Of a DNA stretch of 50,974 bases, positions 26,510 to 34,869 are shown piece by piece. Position 1 is the first letter of the stretch. The number at the start of each line of letters is the position of its first letter. The translations under genes and the position numbers were made by a program. Source of the DNA: Candidatus Woesebacteria bacterium UBA1430 (GTDB lineage Bacteria > Patescibacteriota > Microgenomatia > UBA8517); assembly GCA_002329465.1 (NCBI GenBank), contig DCTW01000001.1, positions 2,787 through 53,760 of the forward strand, in the 5' to 3' direction. The notes under the pieces were generated by a model, which saw only the letters and a list, made by a program, of their open reading frames with translations, was not told the DNA's origin and ran no database searches.

Positions 26510-26942
26510 AATTTTCTATTCTATTAACTACGATTCTTCTCCTATTATCCCCTAAAACATCAAACTTTATCCATACCGTATTTTCCGGCAAATACTCTCT
26601 CGCCTTTTCCGCCCATTCTATGGCCACAATAGAGTCTTTGTCCTTCATAAAATCAGTTAGCCCCAAGTTATCCATCTCATATCCTAAATCCCCCTCAAGC
26701 CTATATAAATCCACATGATAAAAATTTAATGGCTTTTCACTCTGATATTTTCTAACAAGTATAAAAGTCGGCGATATTATTCGGTCTCTTACTCCAAGCC
26801 CTTCTGCCAAGCCTTGTATAAAAGTTGTCTTGCCACTGCCAAGCTCTCCGCTTAAGGCAAAAGTAGTCCCGCCCTTCAAGCTATTTCCCAGTCTTCTGCC
26901 AAGCGCCTTAGTTTCTTCGGCATTTTTGGTAATATATTCCAT
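26502..26942 (-). CDS. tsaE: t6A biosynthesis ATPase TsaE
   Basis: GELGSGKTT, SPTF, HVDLYRL, IEWAE. Confidence 0.95.
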   Translation of the reverse strand: MEYITKNAEETKALGRRLGNSLKGGTTFALSGELGSGKTTFIQGLAEGLGVRDRIISPTFILVRKYQSEKPLNFYHVDLYRLEGDLGYEMDNLGLTDFMKDKDSIVAIEWAEKAREYLPENTVWIKFDVLGDNRRRIVVNRIENYE

Positions 26943-27280
26943 ATAAAATAAATCGAAAAAACTGATCCTATTGTATCAAAACCCACATCCCGAATCTTGG
27001 GCATCCTCCCCGGAGTAAAAGACTGGTGAAACTCATCGCTTACACCATAAAAAATAGCAAAAAAAATCGAATAAATTGCGGCTCGTTTTTTATCAACACC
27101 GCTACCCTTGGTAAAAGCTCGGTACAAAAGCAGCGTCAAAATCCCGTATTCAACAATATGTGCCGTCTTTTTAATCGCAAAATCGGTCCACACTATTTCC
27201 GTGGCACTGCCGGTAGGAAAAGAAGAAAATAAAAATATTACCAATGCCCAAATAAAAGGAGGGACAAAATATTTAAACAT
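26876..27280 (-). CDS. VanZ-family membrane protein (start revised to MFKYF)
   Basis: KTAHIVEYGIL, YGVSDEFHQSFTPGR..DVGFD; TATAAT 7 nt before ATG 27280. Confidence 0.85.
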   Translation of the reverse strand: MFKYFVPPFIWALVIFLFSSFPTGSATEIVWTDFAIKKTAHIVEYGILTLLLYRAFTKGSGVDKKRAAIYSIFFAIFYGVSDEFHQSFTPGRMPKIRDVGFDTIGSVFSIYFIWNILPKMPKKLRRLAEDWEIA

Positions 27281-28124
27281 GTTTCTCATTATACTTTCTC
27301 AAACGCTTTTTTAAAAACGGATAAGAAGATACTCCCAAAAATCCAGCTCCCATACCCATAAACCCCAGGGGCACTAAAGGAATATTTCTCTCCTCCTCGG
27401 ATAAAGGCTCAAAAGAAGCGCTTGGCGAGGGCGTTTCTCTAATTCCCAAAACAGTTCCCTCGCTAGTCGCGGGCACTGATGTTGGCCTATAGGTGGCCCT
27501 TATGGTTGGTTTAGCCGTAGGAGTAAAAGTTGGCTTTGGAGTAGGAGAAGGGCTCGCGTCTTCAGTCGGCTCAGGAGTAGGAGAAGGTGTAGATGTCGGC
27601 GTAGCCGTCGGCGTTGGGGTCGGCGTCGCGACATTTAAATTAATCAAAAGCTCATTCGAGCTTTGAGCAGAATTTTTGCTATTGCCGGTATATCTATTAA
27701 TCTTAATCTTGTATTCGCCAGGCCCTTTGTAATCAGGATCATCCCAATTAAATTTCATATTTAAAGTTCCACTCCAAGCCCCATCAATTAATTCAAGTTT
27801 ATAAAAATTATTCTTAATAAAATCCGGCCCAGGACTACCAGTATATGCCGTCCAGCCATCGGTATTATTTTGAGTAAAGCCAAAATATCTAGTATAAGCA
27901 GTAGAGCTTATTGCACCAAGCAAATAACAAATGTTTTCTGGACAATTAGTTTTACTAGCCCCACTGATTTCAACATCAACTGCAATCTCGGTATCGTTTA
28001 CAACAGGATTAGAAATTATAAAATCGACTGCTTTAATCTCACTCGCCAAAAAAACCAAAAAAATACAAACGAATACAAATTCTCCGATTATCAGCTTCAA
28101 TTTTTGCCAAAGAATCTGAGGCAT
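27273..28124 (-). CDS. Secreted Ig-like protein with P/T-rich stalk, GTVLG motif and C-terminal TM
   Basis: Signal peptide, TPTPTPT linker, GTVLG, then a TM and a basic tail. Confidence 0.7.
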   Translation of the reverse strand: MPQILWQKLKLIIGEFVFVCIFLVFLASEIKAVDFIISNPVVNDTEIAVDVEISGASKTNCPENICYLLGAISSTAYTRYFGFTQNNTDGWTAYTGSPGPDFIKNNFYKLELIDGAWSGTLNMKFNWDDPDYKGPGEYKIKINRYTGNSKNSAQSSNELLINLNVATPTPTPTATPTSTPSPTPEPTEDASPSPTPKPTFTPTAKPTIRATYRPTSVPATSEGTVLGIRETPSPSASFEPLSEEERNIPLVPLGFMGMGAGFLGVSSYPFLKKRLRKYNEKHV

Positions 28125-28173
28125 TAAATAAAATTTTAATCAAAAAAACATAGGAATATCAACCTCGTCCCAA

Positions 28174-28215
28174 TTAATCATCGATCATTAGTAATTAGTC
28201 ATTAATAATTAATAT
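28174..28215. repeat. Degenerate heptad array
   Basis: ttaatca tcgatca ttagtaa ttagtca ttaataa ttaatat. Confidence 0.6.
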
Positions 28216-29383
28216 GAAGATAATACGTTTCAATATCATTTTCATCATGCTTAACCCTTACATATCTAAGCCTGCATCCGTTTGCCCCGGTATAACTACC
28301 TCTATAAAGCGTCCCCGATCTTACGGCTTTTACCTCGGAATTGCCTTCATTGTTTATGTCAATTCCATTATGAAACTGATAAATCCTCCCCACCCAGGTA
28401 TTCTGCACAGCCCAAGTTGAACCATATCCTTGGGAAAACTTTACAGGCGCATTTATCGGCCAATCCCAGCTTCCGCTTGGATTGAAAGGATCCCCGGGAG
28501 AGCACTCCCCGGGACCGGAGCAATTCTGATGATCAATAGGTTTAAGATAATTAAACGGATTCTCGGTATTCCCTCCTCTAACAACAATAAAATGAAGGTG
28601 CGAACCGCTTGAATTACACGACGGCCCCTGAATAATCGAAGCAATCCTCTCCCCCGCATTCACATGCCCTATCTCGCTCTCGTCACCTTTTCCGGCAATA
28701 ATAGCCTGAATAGCCTCAAACTCCGCCCTTGCCTGGGAAAGAAGCGATTGATACTTCTTCTCATCATTTCTTGTTAGCGAAAGAAGATTGTTTTTCGCAG
28801 TCTTTTGCGAGTCAAGCTCCTCCTTCTGCACTCCAAGCACCTCTTGAAGCTCCTCAAGATCGCCCTTCTGTTCTTTATAAACTTCTTTTGCATTTTTTAA
28901 TTTTTCAAGAAGATTATTATCCGCTTCCTGAATTTTTTGTAAGTAGTAAGTTTTCGCCAAAGTCTTATTTACATCCTCCGTCGAAAAAAGAAGATAAGCA
29001 GCATTATTAATTCTTGATATCTTATAAGATTCAACCGCTCTTGTATTAAAAGCCTCCTCCAAGTCGGATAAAGAAACCTCAATTTGATCAATCCTGCCGC
29101 CAAGAAGCAGTATCTGCTCCTCGGTCTGGCTAATCTTAAGCTCGGTAAGCCTAATTTGTGCGTCAAATTGTGCAATCTGGTTGCTAAGGGTACTTGCCTT
29201 TACTTGAAGTTCCTTAATCTTTTGTGTATATTCCTCAATCTCGCGGGCAAGCCGCTCAAGCTTTGCACTATCCGACTCAGCGCTAACAGGATATCCCAAA
29301 AACAAAAAAGGCAAAAATAGAAGTAAAACTATTAAAAATGACTTTTTAATCCGGGCAAGCATATTTCCCGAATATTTTAACAT
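28202..29383 (-). CDS. Coiled-coil M23-like peptidoglycan hydrolase (EnvC/PcsB-like)
   Basis: Signal peptide, long coiled coil, HLHF, FHNGIDI and YYLH motifs. Directly downstream of ftsX. Confidence 0.8.
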   Translation of the reverse strand: MLKYSGNMLARIKKSFLIVLLLFLPFLFLGYPVSAESDSAKLERLAREIEEYTQKIKELQVKASTLSNQIAQFDAQIRLTELKISQTEEQILLLGGRIDQIEVSLSDLEEAFNTRAVESYKISRINNAAYLLFSTEDVNKTLAKTYYLQKIQEADNNLLEKLKNAKEVYKEQKGDLEELQEVLGVQKEELDSQKTAKNNLLSLTRNDEKKYQSLLSQARAEFEAIQAIIAGKGDESEIGHVNAGERIASIIQGPSCNSSGSHLHFIVVRGGNTENPFNYLKPIDHQNCSGPGECSPGDPFNPSGSWDWPINAPVKFSQGYGSTWAVQNTWVGRIYQFHNGIDINNEGNSEVKAVRSGTLYRGSYTGANGCRLRYVRVKHDENDIETYYLHINY

Positions 29384-29392
29384 ACTATTAAA

Positions 29393-30310
29393 CTATTTAA
29401 CGATACGAAGAGATCTGGATACAGCAATCATACTTCCAAGAAAAGCAATAAAAAGCCCCGCCAAAATCTCTGCCGCAAAAATCACGCCAAGCAAAGCAAA
29501 AAAGTCTGCCGTCTCTCTCGGCAGAACCGGAATATCCTTAAAGTAATAAAGCACAGAAGGGGTAGCATACATTAGAAGAACACTGGCGGCAAGCCACCCG
29601 GCAAAAACACCGATAATAGCATAATTTATGGCCTCAAAAACAATAGGCATTCTTATAAACCAATTTGTAGCGCCAATAAGGCTCAAGCTTTCTATTTCCG
29701 TTTTCTTCATGGATATCCTCATACCGATAACAACCATCAAAACAAGAAGCGAAGTCAAGCTAAGCACCAACACAAAAGACACCCCACCAATCCTCAAATA
29801 ATAAGTAACATTTTTAAGCCTTTGTATTACATCACCAAGCGCAGCCTCGCTCCCCAAATTTGCGGTAAAATCTACAGATTCTACAACACTCTCACCCTTT
29901 ACCTCGTCAATTATCTCCTCTGTAAAATTAAGATCCCTCACAGAAAACTCAATGCTCGCAGGAAAAATACTGGGAGATACAAGCTCGCCAAGAAGCGGGT
30001 TATCAGCAGTCGCCTCTTTATAAATTTCAAGAGCTTGTTCTTTAGAAACATAAGACACACTATTAATCCGTGAATCACCGGCAAGCTTATTTCTCAAAGC
30101 ATCGATCTCACCCTGTGAGGCATCCTCTTTCAAAAAGGCAATAACCTGAGGCCTGGTTTCAAAAAATCTAATTACCTGATGGGACGAATAAAGCAAAACC
30201 ACAAGAAGAGTTGTGACAAAAAAGGTAAGAGCTAAAACGCTTATCGCCGCCAAAGCCTGAAAAGGCGCACGCCTTATGTAATCAAAACTCGTTCTTATAT
30301 GCTGCTTCAT
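29393..30310 (-). CDS. ftsX: Cell-division permease FtsX
   Basis: Four TMs, YVSKEQALE, EIESLSLIGATNWFIRMP. Confidence 0.92.
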   Translation of the reverse strand: MKQHIRTSFDYIRRAPFQALAAISVLALTFFVTTLLVVLLYSSHQVIRFFETRPQVIAFLKEDASQGEIDALRNKLAGDSRINSVSYVSKEQALEIYKEATADNPLLGELVSPSIFPASIEFSVRDLNFTEEIIDEVKGESVVESVDFTANLGSEAALGDVIQRLKNVTYYLRIGGVSFVLVLSLTSLLVLMVVIGMRISMKKTEIESLSLIGATNWFIRMPIVFEAINYAIIGVFAGWLAASVLLMYATPSVLYYFKDIPVLPRETADFFALLGVIFAAEILAGLFIAFLGSMIAVSRSLRIVK

Positions 30311-31047
30311 TTTTGGGACTCCTTTTCTTCTACTTTATCATCTTTATCCTCAGTTTTTTCCTTTTCTTCTTCTTTTTTAACAGGGTCCGAATCCTTCACA
30401 AGTTTCCCGTCTTCAAGCTCAAGCACCCGCTTTTTAAGTTTACCAATCAAATCCTTGCTGTGGGTAGAAACCAAAACGGTCTTTCCTTCCTCATTAATTT
30501 TCAATAATAGCTCTATTATCCCCTCTGCAGTTTTTGGATCAAGGTTCCCGGTCGGCTCGTCCGCAAAAATAAGTTTGGGATTCACAACTAACGCGCGAGC
30601 AAGCGTAGCTCTTTGAAGCTCTCCACCCGAAAGCTGAGAAGGAAAAAGTGTAGCACGCTCAGTAAGACCTACAAGCTTAAGAACTTGCTCCACACGAGCC
30701 TCCCTCTCCTCCTTTGGCACTTTTTTTACCGCCAAAGCCACCTCTACGTTTTCAAAAACAGTCCTACCCGATATAAGCTTATAATCCTGGAAAACAGCCC
30801 CGATACTCTGTCGAAGATGTGGAATTTCCTTCTTCTTTAGATTCGAAAGCTCTTTGCCATCAAACAATATCTCTCCACTGGAAGGGGTAATATCACGGAT
30901 AATAAGCTTTAAAAGGGTAGTCTTACCGGCACCCGAAGGCCCGATAATAAATACAAACTCACCCGAAGGAATATAAAACGAAATATCCGTCAAGGCAGAG
31001 ATATTTCCAAAATTTTTACTTACAGATTTAAATTCAAGCATGGGCAA
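30307..31047 (-). CDS. ftsE: Cell-division ATPase FtsE
   Basis: GPSGAGKTT, VFQDYKL, LSGGELQR, ADEPTGNLD; adjacent to ftsX. Confidence 0.92.
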   Translation of the reverse strand: MPMLEFKSVSKNFGNISALTDISFYIPSGEFVFIIGPSGAGKTTLLKLIIRDITPSSGEILFDGKELSNLKKKEIPHLRQSIGAVFQDYKLISGRTVFENVEVALAVKKVPKEEREARVEQVLKLVGLTERATLFPSQLSGGELQRATLARALVVNPKLIFADEPTGNLDPKTAEGIIELLLKINEEGKTVLVSTHSKDLIGKLKKRVLELEDGKLVKDSDPVKKEEEKEKTEDKDDKVEEKESQK

Positions 31048-31049
31048 GC

Positions 31050-31520
31050 TTAATTAGCCTCTTTTATTTTACCAACATCCATTAACCATCCGGCTTTCTG
31101 TCCCGAAACCGTATTTCCCCAAACTTCTACTTCTTTACCCACAAATCCGTCAAGATCAATCACCGTGGAAAAAAGATAAACGTACTTTTCCTCACCAAGC
31201 CCTCGATCCAAATAATGGGTTCCCTCCCCATCAATACCGCCTTCTTTTAAAACACCGCTTGCGCTGTCTGGAAAAAGATCGCCGTTTACTACTTCTGATT
31301 CTCCCGCAGCCTGTCCGGAGCCGTCAACCACAACGCTTTCAGAAACGGTGTCCCCTCCCATCTTTGAAAGATAATATCCGCTACCCACTCCTCCCAAAAC
31401 AACCAAAACTGCAATTAAAAGAATTATTACACGACCCTTTTTACCATTGCCAGGAGGCGTAAATTTTTTTACAACACCTCCGTTACCGACAGTCTGATTA
31501 ACTTGAACAACTCTCTCCAT
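31050..31520 (-). CDS. Single-TM protein with small OB-like C-terminal domain (start revised to MERVV)
   Basis: TM, then GVLKEGGIDGEGTHYL; TGT-TATATT 7 nt before the ATG. Confidence 0.65.
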   Translation of the reverse strand: MERVVQVNQTVGNGGVVKKFTPPGNGKKGRVIILLIAVLVVLGGVGSGYYLSKMGGDTVSESVVVDGSGQAAGESEVVNGDLFPDSASGVLKEGGIDGEGTHYLDRGLGEEKYVYLFSTVIDLDGFVGKEVEVWGNTVSGQKAGWLMDVGKIKEAN

Positions 31521-31566
31521 GATTAACAATATAACACATTAAAACTTTCTGATGAAGCCACTAAAA

Positions 31567-32640
31567 TCAGATCTTTAGCTCAGCTTCGATAAACTCATCC
31601 AAATCACCATCCAAAACAGCATCGGTATTTCCTGTTTCTACATTAGTTCTTAAATCTTTAACCATCTTATAAGGATGAAGCACATAGCTTCTTATCTGAG
31701 TTCCCCAAGTTGCAGGTGTATAATCACCCTTTATGTTCTTCTCCTCCTTTTTCATTTCGTCCTGAGCAATTGCCCAAAGCTTTGATCTTAACAAATTAAG
31801 AGCTATTTTCCTGTTTTGCTCCTGGAACCTCTCGGTCTGCGCGGAAACGGATATATTTGTAGGTTTGTGAATCAGCCTTACAGCAGTAGATACCTTATTT
31901 ACATTTTGCCCCCCATGTCCACCGGACCTGAAAAACTGCCACTCCAAATCTTCCTCTTTAATTTCTATATCGGGTTCGTCAACATCCTCTATTTCGGGCA
32001 AAACCTCAACCAATGCAAAAGAGGTCTGCCGCAGGCGATCGGCATTAAATGGAGATTGCCTGACCAATCTATGAGTCCCAGATTCACCCTTTAAATACCC
32101 ATAAGCGTAAGACCCGACAACCTTAAAAGTAACGCTTTTAATCCCGGCTTCATCGCCAACGGTCTGATCAAGCACCTCTACAGACCAGTTCTTTCTTTCA
32201 CAATACCGAAGGTACATCCTAAAAAGCATATGGGTCCAATCCATTGCTTCGGTTCCACCCTGGCCGGCATGGATACTGACAATCGCACTCCTCCGGTCAT
32301 ACTTTCCGGATAAATAAGCACGAAGCTCGATTTTTTCAAACTCCCCCAAAAGTCTTTGCACATCTTTCTCAAGCTCCTCCGAGAGCATGTCCTCCTCGGC
32401 CATCTCATAAAAAGTCTTAGCTTCGGAATAAATTCCGTCAAACTCATCTATCTCGCTTTTTAAATCTCCAAGCTCGGTTAAAAGCTTTCTTGCCCTCTCT
32501 TGATCATCCCAAAGATTGCTACTCATAGATTCAAGTTCAAGAGCCTCAACCTTTTTTCTTTTTTCGGGTAAATCAAGGTTCTCGGAAAAAGCCTCAAGCC
32601 TCTCTTTTAAATCAAAAATCTGTTTTTTTAACTCCTGCAT
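31567..32640 (-). CDS. prfB: Peptide chain release factor 2 (no frameshift)
   Basis: SPF and GGQ motifs; continuous ORF. Confidence 0.96.
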   Translation of the reverse strand: MQELKKQIFDLKERLEAFSENLDLPEKRKKVEALELESMSSNLWDDQERARKLLTELGDLKSEIDEFDGIYSEAKTFYEMAEEDMLSEELEKDVQRLLGEFEKIELRAYLSGKYDRRSAIVSIHAGQGGTEAMDWTHMLFRMYLRYCERKNWSVEVLDQTVGDEAGIKSVTFKVVGSYAYGYLKGESGTHRLVRQSPFNADRLRQTSFALVEVLPEIEDVDEPDIEIKEEDLEWQFFRSGGHGGQNVNKVSTAVRLIHKPTNISVSAQTERFQEQNRKIALNLLRSKLWAIAQDEMKKEEKNIKGDYTPATWGTQIRSYVLHPYKMVKDLRTNVETGNTDAVLDGDLDEFIEAELKI

Positions 32641-32660
32641 AGGTTAAAAGTATACCAGAC

Positions 32661-33161
32661 TCACGGGCGACAAATTATACTTTGAAGGCTTTCTTGCTCG
32701 GATTCGGATAAATCCTCATACTCCTTCATAATACCCCCGATTGTCGGGCCTCCTTCCGCGTACGAAGACGGAATCTCCTCGGCTACACCAAGCACCCGAA
32801 CAAGCCTGTCTCTCCCGGCATCCAATACGTTAACAATAGGTTTAGGCGCACTCTCCCATCCGATAAGCTCCGTTACTATCGTCCTTCCGCTGACAATAAA
32901 AATTCCCTCCAAAATAAGCGCAAGCGCAAATCCGATATACACGCCAGGCATTATACCGCCCATTTTCCAATTAACCAGCCTGTGCCGCAATTGTCCAAGA
33001 GTTAAAATCAAAAAAAATATCAATATCACCATTGCTCCCGCTTGAAGATACGAAAGGGAAAAAACCAATCCACCAGGAAGAGGAACTCTGGCTATTATGT
33101 TCGTCAAAAAACTATTGCTGGCCAAATTAATATCAGGTATTTGGGAGGTAACTTCCTCCAT
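32661..33161 (-). CDS. Hypothetical membrane protein
   Basis: Two TM segments. Confidence 0.65.
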   Translation of the reverse strand: MEEVTSQIPDINLASNSFLTNIIARVPLPGGLVFSLSYLQAGAMVILIFFLILTLGQLRHRLVNWKMGGIMPGVYIGFALALILEGIFIVSGRTIVTELIGWESAPKPIVNVLDAGRDRLVRVLGVAEEIPSSYAEGGPTIGGIMKEYEDLSESEQESLQSIICRP

Positions 33162-33170
33162 AAAACCATT

Positions 33171-33458
33171 TTACAACGAAGAAGCTTCCTGCTCCAGCAA
33201 ATCTATATCTTCCTCTATGGAGCCTACATCAGTTGCGTCAATTTCTCTTTTCAAAGTCTCAAGATCGCCGGATTCGGAAACAGGCTCCATTGTGGGTGAT
33301 AAATATTGTTCCTGAGGCTTCCCCACAATCGGATTTCCTAGCCCGGGGATGCTCCTGCCGGTTGTTGAAAGATAATAAAGAAAAAAAGCGACCAAAACAA
33401 CTATACCCAAAGCCAAAGCAATAATAACTTCCGAAAATCCCTTTTTTATGCTTATCAT
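33171..33458 (-). CDS. Small single-TM hypothetical protein
   Basis: KKGFSEVIIAL, a weak prepilin-like start; acidic helical C-terminus. Confidence 0.6.
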   Translation of the reverse strand: MISIKKGFSEVIIALALGIVVLVAFFLYYLSTTGRSIPGLGNPIVGKPQEQYLSPTMEPVSESGDLETLKREIDATDVGSIEEDIDLLEQEASSL

Positions 33459-34138
33459 TCTGTATTTTCTCCCAAAAGCGTTGCTAAAATTTGGAAAAGC
33501 CCCCTTAACGCATCTTTAGCCAAAGAAACACTCTCCCTTATCGGCTCAAAATCAGCTCTAAGCTCGCTTAAAGTGCCGCTTACACTTCTACCCAAACTAT
33601 TCTCATCTGTAACCTCTAAAGTATATACTTTAGAGGCCTGCTCATTGACCATATTGTAGCTTTCAAAAATCTTCGCTCTCACGTTATCCAAAGCATTCTT
33701 AAAATCAGAATTATCAGAAACACCATCTTCTTGAGCTCGCGCTTCTATTTTATCGGCTATTTCAGAAAGCCTGTCTAAAACAGCCTTTAGGCGCTCAACC
33801 CATCGGGCATTTAAATCATTAATGTTTGTATTAAGATTCTCAAAAAGAGCTCTTTTCCTTTCATCTCTAATCTCCAAAAGCCTTTGCCGGAACTCCTCGC
33901 GCTTTTCTTCTCTAAGCATTTGCGCCTCCTCAACCCCACGCCTGTACTCATACATCAAGGCCTCCCTATTTTGAGACTCACTTGTAACTCTTACTCTTAT
34001 CTGCTCGTTTACGGATTCATTCTGAGTATTTGTACGAACACTTACCTGTGCCGAATCATTCTCAACGCTGACAACGTTCTCAACGTTTACATTATTAGTA
34101 ACAAGAAGACTGGAAATAATTAATATTGAAGCAAGCAT
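33455..34138 (-). CDS. Secreted coiled-coil hypothetical protein
   Basis: Signal peptide plus long helices. TTGACA..GATAAT upstream. Confidence 0.65.
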   Translation of the reverse strand: MLASILIISSLLVTNNVNVENVVSVENDSAQVSVRTNTQNESVNEQIRVRVTSESQNREALMYEYRRGVEEAQMLREEKREEFRQRLLEIRDERKRALFENLNTNINDLNARWVERLKAVLDRLSEIADKIEARAQEDGVSDNSDFKNALDNVRAKIFESYNMVNEQASKVYTLEVTDENSLGRSVSGTLSELRADFEPIRESVSLAKDALRGLFQILATLLGENTE

Positions 34139-34182
34139 TGCTTTTTAATTATCAAATAAACAATCAATATCTGTCAAGAGTC

Positions 34183-34842
34183 TTATTCGCTAGGGCTTGG
34201 TGAAGGACTTGGTGAAGGACTCGGTGAAGGGCTCTCCGTCGATGAAGGAGCTTCAGATTCTTTTCTCGGTCCTGTCAATATCTCTATATCAAAATCTCCC
34301 GATACTTCCGATTTTCTAACCCTAACGCTCTCATAAATATCCTCAAGAATCTTAGTAATCTCATCCACTTCATCCTGGCCTACTTTTTCACTAAAAGTTG
34401 CTGTCGTTCTTGTCTCATCCTGACTCTGTGCGTTCGCCGCCTCTACGTTCTCATAACCGGCACCTTCAAGCTCTCCCTTAAGAAAACTCGCCTCTCCGGC
34501 TTTCCCGGTGCCGTTTAGCACGTTAATTCTAATATCGGATTTGGAAATAGACTCGGGCGTCGGGCTTGGAGTCGGCTCAACTTCAGGCTCCAAAGTGGCA
34601 AAAGAGCTAAGCCCCGAAGAAGGAGTAGGAGATGGGCTTGAACCACTGCTGCCCATAGAACTGTTAAAAACATACCAAACACCGGCAATCACTATAAGAA
34701 GAATTCCAACAATAACAAAAACCCATTTAACTATACTTGATTTTGACCCGTTTTCTTTTGCACCTCCGGACGGAAAACCTATATCGGTTCTTGGCTGTGG
34801 GCTTTGAACATACTGGCTTGTTTGCTGATTATCCTCTTGCAT
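34183..34842 (-). CDS. LytR C-terminal domain-containing membrane protein
   Basis: TM, P/S linker, INVLNGTGKAGEA..ANA..DIEILTG. Confidence 0.82.
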   Translation of the reverse strand: MQEDNQQTSQYVQSPQPRTDIGFPSGGAKENGSKSSIVKWVFVIVGILLIVIAGVWYVFNSSMGSSGSSPSPTPSSGLSSFATLEPEVEPTPSPTPESISKSDIRINVLNGTGKAGEASFLKGELEGAGYENVEAANAQSQDETRTTATFSEKVGQDEVDEITKILEDIYESVRVRKSEVSGDFDIEILTGPRKESEAPSSTESPSPSPSPSPSPSPSE

Positions 34843-34869
34843 GTCCTCGTGACGTATGAAAGCACAAAT

